63,908 nt of DNA, filler included, from Reticulomyxa filosa (GCA_000512085.1; 21 parts of 21 records of this genome joined end to end with filler, not necessarily neighbours in it), one strand, 5' to 3'; counted from the first letter of the whole stretch, positions 1-12,419 are shown. Notes: generated by a model not told the origin, from the letters alone. A program made the numbers and translations.

Positions 1-19
1 TGTGTGTGTATAGTTTTTT

Positions 20-896
20 CTGACCGTCGACGCTGTCAACAATTCCAACAATGCCAAAGACTAGGGCAATGATTAATAGCGCAATTGTCAAACATAAGGT
101 CAATTTTGGCACATGTTGAAGGCTTTGACATCGAAAGCAAATTGCCAAAAGCGTCGGCGGTTGTGAAAAGTCAATAGCATCGTCTAAGCTCCTGGACAAA
201 CCTTTCCCCTATGCGTCGTTGGTATATAGCTGATAAAATATAAAGAAAAAAAAAAAGGAGAGAAAATATTAACACAACGAAACAATTTTTAGTTTGTGAT
301 TCCCTGCCCTTGAGCTGCGATTTTTCCTTTGGGGCATATCAGTGGTAATTATCAACGACTCACTTCCGTTCTAATTTTGTACATTAAAAAGGTCATCTCC
401 ATTACCCCCTTTTTTTTTTTTTTTAGGGACCAAACACACACAAAAAAAAAAATTGTTTCGTTATGGCTGATGTTTTGTTCGTTAGGCAACTGTTTGGTTT
501 AAAATACGATCAGACTCATGCGTTTCCAACTGCGGATCATCGGAGTCCGCGTGATCGGTATGCTCGTGACTATTGGTATCGGTTAAATCTAACTGATCTC
601 TGTTTTTTTCTAACGGCACATCTTTGAAATGGTTTGTGTCATTTGCAATATCGGAAGTGCGCGTCTCCGATCTAATTGTATTTTCAATTGATGTGTTTTG
701 ACGACTGTCTTCGGTGACTTGAAAGTTTTCCTTTTCTCTGCTCTGTTCAAATTGTATGCTTGTTTTGACGTCGGAAACTGGCACTGTTGTGATTGATATA
801 TTTGCACGTATATATAACAACTTGTTCCTAAAAAAACTACTGATTTTTGAGACCGAGAACGAACATACCTGGATTATTTCCAAGAAATTGTGACAT
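20..896 (-). CDS. Multi-exon hypothetical protein with a predicted TM helix, 3' truncated; exon structure uncertain
   Basis: Hydrophilic ORF 482-883, plus a downstream exon after CATAG reading GKGLSRSLDDAIDF...KLTLCLTIALLIIALVFGIVGIVD. Confidence 0.4.
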
Positions 897-1131
897 GTTG
901 TTGCAAGCTATTCAAAAAGAAGAACTTTTGACTTATTAAAAAACTGACTTACGTTATCTTTACTCTTGCCAAGGTGTTGATAACATAGAAAGAAGTCAAT
1001 AGCAAGATTACACGACAAAAGCGCCGTTGTTTTACAAAGGCTCAACAAATACAAATTTTAATGGTAATGAAAATTTTTGTAAGGAGAAGCAGTAAAGAGG
1101 GAACAGCAAGTGAGAGTTCGAAGCAAGTACC

Positions 1132-1986
1132 ATGTCGTTTCGACGCTTGCACACCTCACAATATCTCTTTCATGCTACTCAATCGTATCTTCCAATCAGC
1201 AGAAGATTTAGTCATGAAGCAATAAGTAAGGCGTCACCTCTCTTGTCGACCTCGAAAGAGGAGACGGTGAGCCAATCGGAAATCTCAAATCGTGCAATCC
1301 CTTTGAATCCAAGATCAGGCAATGTGATAGTGTCACCAAGCCTATCAAAAATAATAGCAGCGTTGAATATTGAAGGAGACGGGACGAAAGAAGGCACACA
1401 TCAGCTGTATGTAAGTACAATTGTAAGCCTGATAAATACAAGAGAGTATTCCCATGGGACAATAACAGAGTTGTGCGAATACATGCTAGAAACTGCGGAA
1501 AGAAAGGAAAGAAAGGCACTTTGGGGAGAAACGGATTTCAATAATATGGTGAATCTATCATGGGAAGCATTTTCAGTGTTGGTGAAAAAACGTATTGTCC
1601 CAAGTGACCGACTGATGACATTGATGATGAATGGAGTATGTAGCAATAGCAAATCGAAAGACAAGAAAAGCCGATTGCGATTGAGTCGATTGTTTTACAT
1701 GATCGAATATGCGAATAAGCATTGCAACATTCCATTGCACTGTTATCAACAAGTGATCGAGTGTATGCAGAAGAGCGACCCGACGACCAGCAGTCCCAAA
1801 CGCAAACTTAAGACCAATCCAATCCAATACTATTGTCACGCCGTGTTTGATTTGCTCGTCAAGTCCAAGTGTAAGATCACACCACAGCTGTATGCACTAG
1901 CGCAGCAAATGCAGTATCGACATGCACAAGTCCTTAAATTGAAGTGCGCCCAAGTTTTGCAAATTGTGATTACAAATAAAAAATAA
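1132..1986 (+). CDS. Hypothetical protein with a mitochondrial-type presequence and degenerate PPR-like helices
   Basis: 284-aa ORF; R/S-rich acid-free N-terminus MSFRRLHTSQ...SRRFS; WEAFSVLVKKRIVPSDRLMTLMMNG and AVFDLLVKSKCKITPQLY resemble PPR motifs. Confidence 0.6.
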   Translation: MSFRRLHTSQYLFHATQSYLPISRRFSHEAISKASPLLSTSKEETVSQSEISNRAIPLNPRSGNVIVSPSLSKIIAALNIEGDGTKEGTHQLYVSTIVSLINTREYSHGTITELCEYMLETAERKERKALWGETDFNNMVNLSWEAFSVLVKKRIVPSDRLMTLMMNGVCSNSKSKDKKSRLRLSRLFYMIEYANKHCNIPLHCYQQVIECMQKSDPTTSSPKRKLKTNPIQYYCHAVFDLLVKSKCKITPQLYALAQQMQYRHAQVLKLKCAQVLQIVITNKK

Positions 1987-2151
1987 ATGAATCAAATATA
2001 TATAATATATACATATATATATATATGTATATATTTATATGATATTGATTCATTTATTTTATTTGTATGTATGATTCCGTGTTTACCAAAGTAACAATCT
2101 TTTTCAAATACAATGATTGTCTTTGTTTTGTTGATTGGTTTGAACTGCGGG

Positions 2152-2197
2152 AAATGGCGAATGGCAAATGGCAAATGGCAAATGGCAAATTGGAAAT
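2152..2197 (+). repeat. (AAATGGC)n heptamer tandem repeat, about 6 imperfect copies
   Basis: aaatggcgaatggcaaatggcaaatggcaaatggcaaattggaaat. Confidence 0.85.
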
Positions 2198-2200
2198 GAA

Positions 2201-3433
2201 ATGAAGCCATCCACAATAATAAACAATGTGTCAATTGTGCACAGTAAGAGCAATGAATGGATCGAACAAAACAAGAAACAAATGACAATTGCAAGGATAC
2301 TGAAGCGATGCGAAAAGATCTATCGGCAGCATGTGAACAAACACCGAGTAATGGACTCGATCTTGCAACAACCCAACAGCAGCAAATTTGTGAAGATGAC
2401 AGCGACGAAGCCCACGACACTGTCGTTTGCAGAATTGGCCCGACAATATGAGGCGACATACCATGAGATATTGCCCTTCTCCGTGGTTATGGACACGTTG
2501 AGTCAAAGGTCGTTGTCGCAGAGTCGAGTGAAGTTGGTAAGGCGTTTGAAGGCGTTGTATACCGGTAAAAAAGAAAAGGTCGAGGGTCCGTTCTATTCAT
2601 CGGCCATTTTGAACAAGGACTATGAGGGCATGAAGCAGCGAAGAAAGGAGTGGCTCAAAGGTTGGAATGAGAATGAGTCCAGCACGTACGACAATGGCAA
2701 TTCATATGAAAATGATAGAGACGCAATAGGTGCAGTGGACATCATTGGATATACATGCAATGGCCGTTCCGCCTGGGGATATCTGCAAGAGCAACAGAGT
2801 CCCATTCTCTGCGACTTCTTTCACAAATTGACGTATCTATTATTGTACTGTGAGAAGAATCACTTTATTCACGAGTCTGCACTGGCCCAAAAGTGGGAGA
2901 AACATTTGTATGAACCTTTGCCAAATCTCGAATTAGCCATTGCAAACATCAATACCAATACCAATGCCAATAGTAACAGTAATATCAATAACGACTTCTT
3001 TTACGATGAAACAGAAGCCTTTTCGTGGGACGAAAATGACACTTGGACAAACGACTCCTCGAACCTCAAAAGCAAGTTGGAGTGGAAGCGCGTGTGGAAA
3101 CTGTGTGCCGGGGATAGCCACGCTTTTCGCCGCATGTGTGTGCTGTGGTACGTGTGGGACGAGTTCAAACTGGTGTTCGACCCCGTTCATCAGTCGTGGA
3201 TGTACACCCTACGCGAAAAGCGTCTGCAGCAACTGCAGCAGTTCATGGCCGCCAACCAGGAATATACCGAGCGGGACTCCTCGCCGTATTTCAACTGGAA
3301 GTTTCAGCCCTACCAAAAGCCTTGGTGGGCCACTGTTCCTTTCAGCGCTACTGCTACTACTGCTGCCGTTTCTAAACTTTTTTTTTTTTTTTTTTTATTT
3401 TATTCATTTATTAATTTATTAATTGTTAATTAA
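2201..3433 (+). CDS. Hypothetical protein; start uncertain and 3' end probably runs into an intron
   Basis: About 400 open codons with higher GC than the flanks; no family recognised. Confidence 0.65.
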   Translation: MKPSTIINNVSIVHSKSNEWIEQNKKQMTIARILKRCEKIYRQHVNKHRVMDSILQQPNSSKFVKMTATKPTTLSFAELARQYEATYHEILPFSVVMDTLSQRSLSQSRVKLVRRLKALYTGKKEKVEGPFYSSAILNKDYEGMKQRRKEWLKGWNENESSTYDNGNSYENDRDAIGAVDIIGYTCNGRSAWGYLQEQQSPILCDFFHKLTYLLLYCEKNHFIHESALAQKWEKHLYEPLPNLELAIANINTNTNANSNSNINNDFFYDETEAFSWDENDTWTNDSSNLKSKLEWKRVWKLCAGDSHAFRRMCVLWYVWDEFKLVFDPVHQSWMYTLREKRLQQLQQFMAANQEYTERDSSPYFNWKFQPYQKPWWATVPFSATATTAAVSKLFFFFFLFYSFINLLIVN

Positions 3434-3580
3434 ACAAAAAAAACATACCCTTTTTTTTTTTTTATGTGTGTATGTATATTTTTTTTTTTTAAAAAAAAAA
3501 AGAAACCTTTACTTGAAATGCACAAAGTCAACCTGTTTCGCAGATTTTCACAGAATCACAAAAACCAAAATTGGTACTTG

Positions 3581-3680
3581 NNNNNNNNNNNNNNNNNNNN
3601 NNNNNNNNNNNNNNNNNNNNNNNNTTAATTAATTAANNNNNNNNNNNNNNNNNNNNNNNNNNNNNNNNNNNNNNNNNNNN
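3581..3680. other. Artificial contig spacer N44-TTAATTAATTAA-N44; first of 20 copies (others start at 5714, 8485, 9624, 12478, 14364, 15639, 19848, 26402, 36697, 40360, 42090, 45559, 48720, 49918, 52197, 53404, 57092, 58667, 62671)
   Basis: Identical 100-nt blocks with stops in all six frames; gene content and base composition change abruptly across them. Confidence 0.99.
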
Positions 3681-5059
3681 TTAGAAGACCAGGAAAAAAA
3701 AGAAAATTGAGTATAGCAAGAGCTAGTAATTATGCATTCCCAAACAAAAAAGCAAAACAATAGCCTTAAACACGATCGGGGTGTGTTGAATTTGTAGAAG
3801 AGAAAAATTTTTTGGTGTGTGGATTACTTGACCGGTCATTAAAGCGCATAAGTGATAATAAGTGGTTTAAAACATATCTGTCAACTAAGAATTAGTTGTG
3901 CCCTTATCAGGTTTGATTGCTTTAATTCAGTCATAGTTTTCCAATTGAATGAAAAGCGAGGGCCAAACGTGAAACAAAATATTGATTCAAAGCTTATCCA
4001 TATCTTTCATCATTTTTTTTACATCCGAACAGCACAAAAAAAAAGAAAAAACAAAGTTTAGCAACAACCTTAATCGGTTTCTTCAAGCAGCGCCCAAAGC
4101 CCCACACAACAGTTTCAAAGCTAAATGCACAAATTGTGTTTTTAGGCGGGTTTTTATTTCTGCTTTCAAAACTCAAAAAAAAACTTTTTCAAAACAAGCC
4201 TAAAAAATTTCTTTTTTTCTGTCCCCTCTTTTTTCTTTTTCTTGAACTATCCCGACTTAAATAATAAGATGGCGACTTGATCAATGTAAAAGTAAATGAA
4301 GTGTTTGGTTTCATGAGTGACATAGCTGCCGAAGTTTCTTCCAACCACACAATGCCATGTCGGGCCATGTTTTTTATCAAATTCTTTTTTAATATGCGCG
4401 GCAACATCTTTCTCTATTGTCAATTTTTCTAATGCCTATGCACATTTATGCATATGCGTCAACAATCTCATTACAGTTGCAAAAAGAAAAACAAGACAAC
4501 AAAAAATAAACCAAGAAAATAAGCAACTGCAGTGGCGGAAGCGACTGCGTCCACTTGCATTTCCGTGGACATGTCTGCAATTTTCACCACCGCTTTCTTG
4601 GTATCTTGTGACATTTCTGCACGGAAGCTTTATTGTTGACAAAGAAGAAAAAAGATGTCAATGTGGAACAGTCTGCAAATGAGTTTTTAAAAAGATTCGA
4701 TATGGGACAAGAAAATAATAATAATTTTTTTTTTGACAAGTTTTTTTTTGCACACCGAAGACTTGGTAAGCAACAACAGAATAACGTTGCAATTTAGCAA
4801 CATGCAGCGCATACAATAGCCACAAAGTTTAGTTCACTGTTTTTAAGCTAAGTGCAGAACTACAACTTACTTAAAAAAAAATTAAAACACAAGAAGTGTG
4901 TAATCCTAGCAAAAAAAAGTTTGTAACAAAAAAAATTTCACGAAGCGAAAACTTTTTTTGGAGCGTGATGAATTTGGATTTCTAAATCCATATCTTATTG
5001 CGCATTGGGTTTTATAATTGTTCAAGTAAGGACCTGTATTCAAAGGGAGGGAACAATAC

Positions 5060-5645
5060 ATGAGCACAGGAAACGTGAAAAACAAAGATGGAAGTGCCAA
5101 AGAGAGCACTAGCAATAAAGTTCTGGCATTGATCCGAAAGGCAGAGGACAAGCGCGTAGCAAAGCGCAAGATCATTCAATTTTTGAAAAAAAAAGGAGTG
5201 TCGGAGACATACATTATCGAAGCGTACCAAGAATACTACAAAGAAGAGGTGAATTTTCTGTGTATTCTTTTTTTTTTTTTTTTGGAGGGAGGGGCACGAC
5301 AAGGATAGAAAGAAAGATTGAGAGCGGGTCATTTCATAGATTTTTGTTTGTTTTTTTGTGGTATCTCTTCTCTCTTTCTCTCTGTTGGTAATGGATCGCG
5401 TCGCGTAGAGATTATACGAAATAACGTTTATGGAACGTCCATTAGGGTTTAGTGTAATAATGGATACAAGAGGCAAGAATGCAATAGTGTCCTCGATTCA
5501 AGACCTGAACAACATCAAAATGAGCATGAAAATGGCGTCACGCGTGTACGAAGTGAACGGAACAAGAGTTGACGGTCTGAAACACAAGGAAATTATCAAA
5601 ATGCTCAACACTTGCGAATGCCCTTTTTACATTGTGTTTAGAGAA
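5060..5645 (+). CDS. Pex14N-like helical domain plus PDZ domain protein; exons 5060-5248 and 5409-5645, 3' truncated
   Basis: KIIQFLKKKGVSETYIIEAY; phase-0 GT-AG intron; then RPLGFSV...VYEVNGTRVDGLKHKEIIKML (PDZ). Confidence 0.75.
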
Positions 5646-5889
5646 GTTTCGGGGCATTTTTTTTTTTAAATTATTGGGGCCGGGGGAGGGGAGGGGAAAA
5701 AAAAAGGGGTCAGNNNNNNNNNNNNNNNNNNNNNNNNNNNNNNNNNNNNNNNNNNNNTTAATTAATTAANNNNNNNNNNNNNNNNNNNNNNNNNNNNNNN
5801 NNNNNNNNNNNNNAAACAAATGTTGTAATCACCTTTCTTCCTCTCTTTCTTCCTCTCTCTCTCAAAATGAATATTGCAATGTTGGTACA

Positions 5890-6745
5890 TTACAAAAATA
5901 GTACCGATTGTGTGCAATGCAGTTGCACCAAAGCAAATTGAGAGTCATTATCTTCCATTATTTCACTTCGATAAAGCACAGGGAATTCAATCTTGTCCAC
6001 TTTCAAATTATTGTTCGATTCGAATGAATACGTGCAAAGTATTTCATCTCCATTTCTCAAACCTGATCCTTTCCATGTCCCATCATTTATGTCGAATGTC
6101 GCAAACTTGCTCTTCTTTATTTTTGTTTTGATTTTTTTACTTAGTAGTTAAAAAATAAAAATAAATAAACATACCATCAATCTAATTGTCGCAATGTTGT
6201 CATCGACACTGAGAATCTTTGTGTATTCATGTCTTCTGTATCAATATAACATAATTCATACACCTTTCCTTGCTTTTGTCAAATAATAATAATAATAATA
6301 ATAATATGACAACACAGAAATATATTGTAATATACGATTGTAGTGGCTGATTTGATTGAGCTTTTGATTGAGGGGGAGGATACAATGGCTCTTCCTTTAT
6401 TATTTCCTCAATATCTAATGGTTTCTCACTTTCATCTTCACGCATTTTGTTCACCATTTTCAATAACTTCTTCTTTGAACTAGAAGCTAATTCCGTGTGT
6501 GTTAATGCTTTTTTCCATTCACTTGGCTCCATTAATGCAATGTCTTTGACTTCTCCAATTTTTACCTCTCGACATAAGTAAGATGTGAGTTTTGCTGCGT
6601 AATCATCATGTAGTTTGACTTCATTCTTTAAGTAGGTGAATAGTCTCTTTTCTGTTGGTTCTTGTTCTTCGGTCATAAATGCCGAAAGTTTATTAATTTT
6701 TTCAGCACCTGCTCCTAATTGTGTAAATCCAAAAGAGTTATCCAT
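5890..6745 (-). CDS. Multi-exon hypothetical protein with a SAM-like N-terminal domain, truncated
   Basis: LFTYLKNEVKL...EVKDIALMEPSEWKKAL...SSKKKLLKMV resembles SAM; open exon at about 5905-6140 (KSKFATFDINDGTWKG...). Confidence 0.5.
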
Positions 6746-7155
6746 TTGAAATTCGATCAGATATAATGGAAAAAAAAATTTTCTAAAGCTAAAAGATATT
6801 TTATGCTCAAAAACATCTGAAAGAACAACTTTTTCTTTTCTGTGTTCAAGAATTTTTCGAAAAGGAACAGTTTTTCTTCGACGTTAAAACATTTACGGAA
6901 TAATAAATCTTAAAGCACTATTTCAGAAACATCTGGCTTAGTTGCTTGTCTAACGAGAGGAGATTAATTCAACAAACAGTTAGTACGTTTGTCTATATTT
7001 TAAGACCACTTTTTTTTACTGATTGTAACTACGTGAATTCCGTTTTCTATGGATTTTCAATTGACGGGAAATGCGCACTATGCAATGTGTAAAAAATTTT
7101 CAAAAGGCAAAATTTACAAGAAATATTCGATCAATAAAGCACAATGGTCTAAAAT

Positions 7156-7199
7156 AGAGAAAAAAGAGAAAAAAGAGAAAAAAGAGAAAAAAGAGAAAA
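7156..7199 (+). repeat. (GAGAAAAAA)n 9-mer tandem repeat, about 5 copies
   Basis: Direct inspection. Confidence 0.8.
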
Positions 7200-8153
7200 C
7201 TAGTACCGAAATATACTATATCAGAGTTTTTTTTGTAATTGAAAGTAAAATGACTTAAAAATATAGATATTTCACTCCTCGAATTTACGACTCGAGTTTA
7301 TAACAAGTGGCATGTATCATCATAACGTTAATCTCTAGAAATAGGTTTTATGGACAAATTCAAAGAACAAAAACGAGATTTACATTTGAAAAATGTTAAT
7401 TTTTTATGAATAAAATTGCAAAGTTTTATAAATTATGTTTAGAAAATATAAAACGATAATATTCTTCACTTTTAATGCATAAACGAATCTTTTCAGATTC
7501 AACAATATGCATATATTCAAAAAATTTCGAAAAAAGTGTTGATTTTTCATAAATAAAATTGCAAGTTTTTATATGTGTTCATTGTATGATCTTTGTTGCA
7601 ATCGGTTGTAGAACAAAAAATAATTCGACTCATTCCCGATTAAATGTTGCTATTTTCCAGTTAATTGTGGAATATTAGATCAGGAGACACTGTAGATATG
7701 ACACCAGAACGAAAAAGATAACGTCAGAAGAACACTCTTGGAACGAATTTGCATCGAATACTGACAACAGTATTGGATAACAATTTGAATATGAAATATA
7801 GATTGGAAAGGAAGCATAAAAATTGTAAGTGGTATTTCAAGTATGTTACACTCAGTTGTGGGAGTGGTAAAGATACTCAAGATGACTAATAGTTTCGTTT
7901 TTTAAGAGAATTAATTAAATTGAATTTAAAAGACAAAACAACATTGGACTAATTTTTGCAATGCAATTTTTTTTTTAGTCAAAATTTTGATTTTTATGAT
8001 TTTCACGCAATTATTTCAACAAGTAACCAAAAAAATTTGAAGAGTTAACCCTGATTCGATATTTAATCTGTTAGATCTGCAAAAATGAAATCAAACAGAA
8101 TGAAATTAACAAAATAAAAAAGAACAAGTTGAATGGGAAACTATAAGAAATGT

Positions 8154-8484
8154 TTAAACGATCCAAGTCCAACTTAAGCTGTCCCAAAAGTCGCAAATTT
8201 GAGTGTCATGGTTATAAACTATGCGTAATTGATCAATATCAAGGGCAATGGTATTTTCCAAGGTATTGTTGTACATCTCCCAATGGATATTCAAAGAATT
8301 GGTTTTACTGGCATACGTATTGGGGTTTTTACTAATGCTGAAGCTACTCCAATACCATTGAATCATTCTTGCCAGTTGTTGTTCTTCTGGAGTGTAAGTT
8401 TGGTTGATAGGGCCTAAGTTTGGTCGAAACACATATGCTAGCAAACTCCCCCACTGCCATACATACAATCCGGATAATCAGGAT
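8154..8484 (-). CDS. Type-B carboxylesterase C-terminus, 5' truncated; catalytic-His segment disrupted
   Basis: LAYVF...EEQQLARMIQWYWSSFSISKNPN...WEMY...ICDFWDSL matches the COesterase C-terminal consensus. Confidence 0.8.
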
Positions 8485-8584
8485 NNNNNNNNNNNNNNNN
8501 NNNNNNNNNNNNNNNNNNNNNNNNNNNNTTAATTAATTAANNNNNNNNNNNNNNNNNNNNNNNNNNNNNNNNNNNNNNNNNNNN

Positions 8585-9290
8585 TTTTGAGTTTGCCACA
8601 TAAAATCAAACAGGATTTGTAAATCAATTCGTCAGGTTTCAATGGGGCATCCCGATTTCCACTGGACGGATTACTCATTCCATACAGCACACCCAAAACC
8701 GACTTTGTGATTTGCTCGACACAGTTGGCAAGTCCAGATCGCTCGCGTAGTCCAATGAGGCCGCCCTTGTCAGGAACCAGCAGCTATAAATTTGCAACAG
8801 TTCGTACTTTACTTTTTCTTCAATCGACTTGGGCTTCATATTTGTCGATTGTCCACGAATGCCACGGTGTCGAGCATCTTCAGAAGGATGTGCTGGCTAT
8901 ACATATATGTACATATATATACATATATATGTACATATATGTATATGTATTTATTTATTTATATGTGTACGTAGATGGTATGCACAGTGTGCTTTTGTGT
9001 TGAGAGAGATGAATAGCCCAAAAGACAAATAACATTGGAAACATACCCTTTCAGCTAATTCCACTTGCACCTTTATTTTTTTGATTTCTTCTTTTTCCTT
9101 TTCTTCGTCTTGTCTCGGCTGGCTGAACAAAGTGGCGTCGAAAGTAGGAAAGCCATGGCTGGGCTTGAATGAAAAGTCTTTGGGGATATCTGCGATATTT
9201 ACTTCTGGAACGGGCTGTTTGGGGATTTTATGAAATTGCTGCTCGAAACACCATTTGAGGAATAGACCGCTGGCTACGCTCATTTTTTTC
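8585..9290 (-). CDS. DENND4/CRAG-like Rab GEF, internal exons with one frameshift
   Basis: GFPTFDATLF; second exon LLQIYSCWFL...VLGVLYGM...LKPDELIYKSCLILCGKL resembles the DENND4 YGLWF...PDEVCYR-LMQLCG region. Confidence 0.55.
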
Positions 9291-9723
9291 TGTTGCTGTT
9301 CGTTCCATTTTTTTTTTATTGTTTGTTCATTCTTTGATACGCGTATTATGTGAGTTGTTTTTTTTTTTTTTTTTTAAAGCAAACAAAGTCATTCAAATGA
9401 TTAACTTTCGGCCCAATTTCATTGGCCATGTGAGAACAGCATCTATTGGCAAAACAAAAGAACAAATTGGCATTATTGTGTTTGTATTTGATTCATTTCG
9501 CTTTGAATCTGGTGTGTACGACATGAGAATATATATACATACATATATAATATACACGTATATATTATACATGTATGTGTGTGTGTGTGTGAGAAAAAAA
9601 ATGAACTGATAAAACCATTGTAANNNNNNNNNNNNNNNNNNNNNNNNNNNNNNNNNNNNNNNNNNNNTTAATTAATTAANNNNNNNNNNNNNNNNNNNNN
9701 NNNNNNNNNNNNNNNNNNNNNNN

Positions 9724-10457
9724 TTTTCTACAATCACTTTTGGTCAATGATTTGTGTTTTTTGTCGAAATCTAAAAGCAACTTTTTATGACGCTTAGTTA
9801 ACAGATTCTTTTTGATACTTATGCGACAATTTAAACCATGTGATTTTAAAATGTTCTTCACATTTATTACGTGAACGCTCTTTATATGTCCGTGCGAGTA
9901 TTCGCTGCAAATCTACTTATGTGTTTGCGTCGCCTTGCAAGTCTAGTATCTATATCAGTCTACGTTTTAGGACATCCAGATTCTATTTTGCGTGTAATCG
10001 TTCCACTGTTGAAGATGCTGATGTAAACTTTTTTTGTTGTGTCATTATGTATCCTAAATTGCTAGCCAGCCTCACGATACGACATTCCCATAAGTATTCT
10101 TTCAAATAAAATTCATTGCTGTATTCCAGACAGCTTGTGAGTCATGATTAGAAGACAAAGAATAACAATAAAAACAAAAAACTTGTTGGAATGTTGAAAA
10201 AGAAAAGTTTATATGGAAAATTGTGCAACAACTAAATCAAGCCCAACAGTAAAACTACACACTTCCAATCATTTTTAAAAAATTTTTTCTTCTAACAACT
10301 TTTCTAAATTTTTGTTTATTGTTTTTACAAATTACTTATAAAAGTGTAAACGTATATCCAGTAAACCAGAAAAAATAATCACAATTTGCTAAAATTTTTG
10401 TTAGAAACACAAAAAGTTCATATTTTAGGATTGGCTAATTTTTTTTTGTCACAACTG
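9724..10457 (-). mobile_element. Degenerate Tc1/mariner transposon: left TIR plus transposase N-terminus, cut by the contig end
   Basis: Minus strand TA|CAGTTGTGACAAAAAAAAATTAGCC at 10457 is a Tc1-type TIR; broken frames give GMSYRE, SGCPKT, VKNILKSHGLNCRISIKKNLLTKRHKKLLLDFDKKH (Tc3-type HTH and KKPLL linker). Confidence 0.8.
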
Positions 10458-11059
10458 TACAATTCGTTTTTGGGATATTTGATCTAATAAAAATGAATCG
10501 TATAAAATTGAAGGACTTAATAAAGATATTGGAATATTTTGTTTTAAATTTATACCATTAAAAAAAACAAAGCAAAAACAATTATTGTCCAGAGATATCT
10601 GAAATTTTAACATTTAACGAAGCAATCAATATTATTGGAGATGTCATCAGCAAAATTAAGAACTTTTATGTTGAAAATAGCAGCCAAAAAAAGTAGAAAG
10701 TACAATTTCATTTTGTAACGGAACTCACCACACATTGTTGCTTATTCAATTGGTAAAAAAAAAAAATTCTGGTCGAACCTACCAGCACCGCAAAAAAACA
10801 AAATGCAACAAAAATGGGACGATAATTTCGTGCTTTTTATTTTTGACATATCCGTCACACATAAAAAAAAACAAACGATGTGACAGGTTTGTCAAAAAGA
10901 ATAAATGTCTTACACCTTTTATGAGAAAAAAAAACCTCCTTCGGTTAACCATTGTTTGTGGGATGAGTCAATGAATATCATATCCCAACAAGGTCAATCA
11001 GTGAAGATGGCCAAAAAATCAAATATAATTAAATCCCTTTACAAAATGGAAATGATAAT

Positions 11060-12419
11060 TTAATGATCATCATCTTCGAATTTAGGGTCACCTTTTTTCC
11101 CACGAACAGTACCACGGAAGAAATCTTTTCTTGCGACTGGTACAATAAAGTTTTCAGAGTCAGTGTACGGTGATTTTGGAGAAGGACAGATAGTTTTCAT
11201 GAAAATGCCAGTAGTCAAACCTCCGGCGATAGCAATTCCAAGAGTTACACACAAACCAGCAATCTGATAGGACGCTTGATAATGCATATCGCGATGGTGA
11301 TAATATCTTGATTTGTCGCTGTAACTGCCGACTGTTATCGCCGATGCAATGCAGCCCAAAATGCCAGGCATTCCGTGTAAATTGTTCACCCCACTGGTGT
11401 TTTAAAGTCAGTGCACATTCATCATAAATATCAAATTTATTTCGAATGGAATAAATAGCATGTGCAAAACATATACATATATGTATACATATGTATTATA
11501 TTATATGTATGGTATATATATATACATAATATATCTTTTTTTGTTGCTCTTACCATGTATCATATAATCCAATTTCCATCAACCAATCTTGAATGAAACA
11601 ATAACCAAGAGTCGACACAACACCTGCAGTAAAGCCAATCCCAACAGCTCCGGCGGGATGCGTATACAAGTCTGCGGATGCACCCATAACCACACCACCA
11701 GCTAAAGTGGCATTCTGAATATGAACCATTTCCAGCTTCCCTTTTTTGATCCACTTGCTGAAAATAAATGTGGCCATTGTTGCTGCGCACAATGACAATA
11801 TGGTGTTCACATTAGGCACGAGTTTGGTCCGGGTCGCGCATTAGTCCATCATGACCGCTTTCCGATACTCTTGGTGTGTATACATAATACGCGTTGAAAC
11901 TTGGCCAATACAGCCACTACAATTTATTATGTAATGTGTATACAAGAAGTCATTCATCACTATTGCTGCATTTTACAAAATACAATTGTATATATATATA
12001 CATATATATATATATTATATAAAATAATAATCTTTATACCAAAAATAAAGTGCCAATCATTGAAAAGACGTCAGAATGATACATCGATTTATTGTTTTCC
12101 GTGTCGGATGGCTTTCCCAAAATAGTACTGACAGCCAAGCCGAAATAGCAACCAAACACATGGATGACGATGCTTCCTCCTGCGTCGGTGACCTTCAAGT
12201 AGTGAATCACAATGTAGAAGTTGATGCAATACAAAGGCACCTCAATCAATGCCATGAGCAACAGTTGGGCCGGATTGGTCCGTCCCAACACTGCGCCCAT
12301 CGATATCAGTATGGCCGCTGTGCCCAAATCTGCGTCGACCAATGAATCCAATGAAAACGAGTACTTTCGTAACACGTTGCCCCATGCTAAATGTTCTCCA
12401 GGGGGTGATCCATTCCATC
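11060..12419 (-). CDS. Rh-family ammonium/gas channel; exons ~12419-12040, 11916-11554, 11393-11060; 5' truncated; +1 frameshift near 11812
   Basis: [69 protein letters not shown]; both pore histidines present. Confidence 0.95.

Noticed and set aside
3625-3636. TTAATTAATTAA repeated 20 times as a biological repeat or CRISPR-like array
   Set aside because: Always centred in 44+44 Ns; it is a concatenation linker
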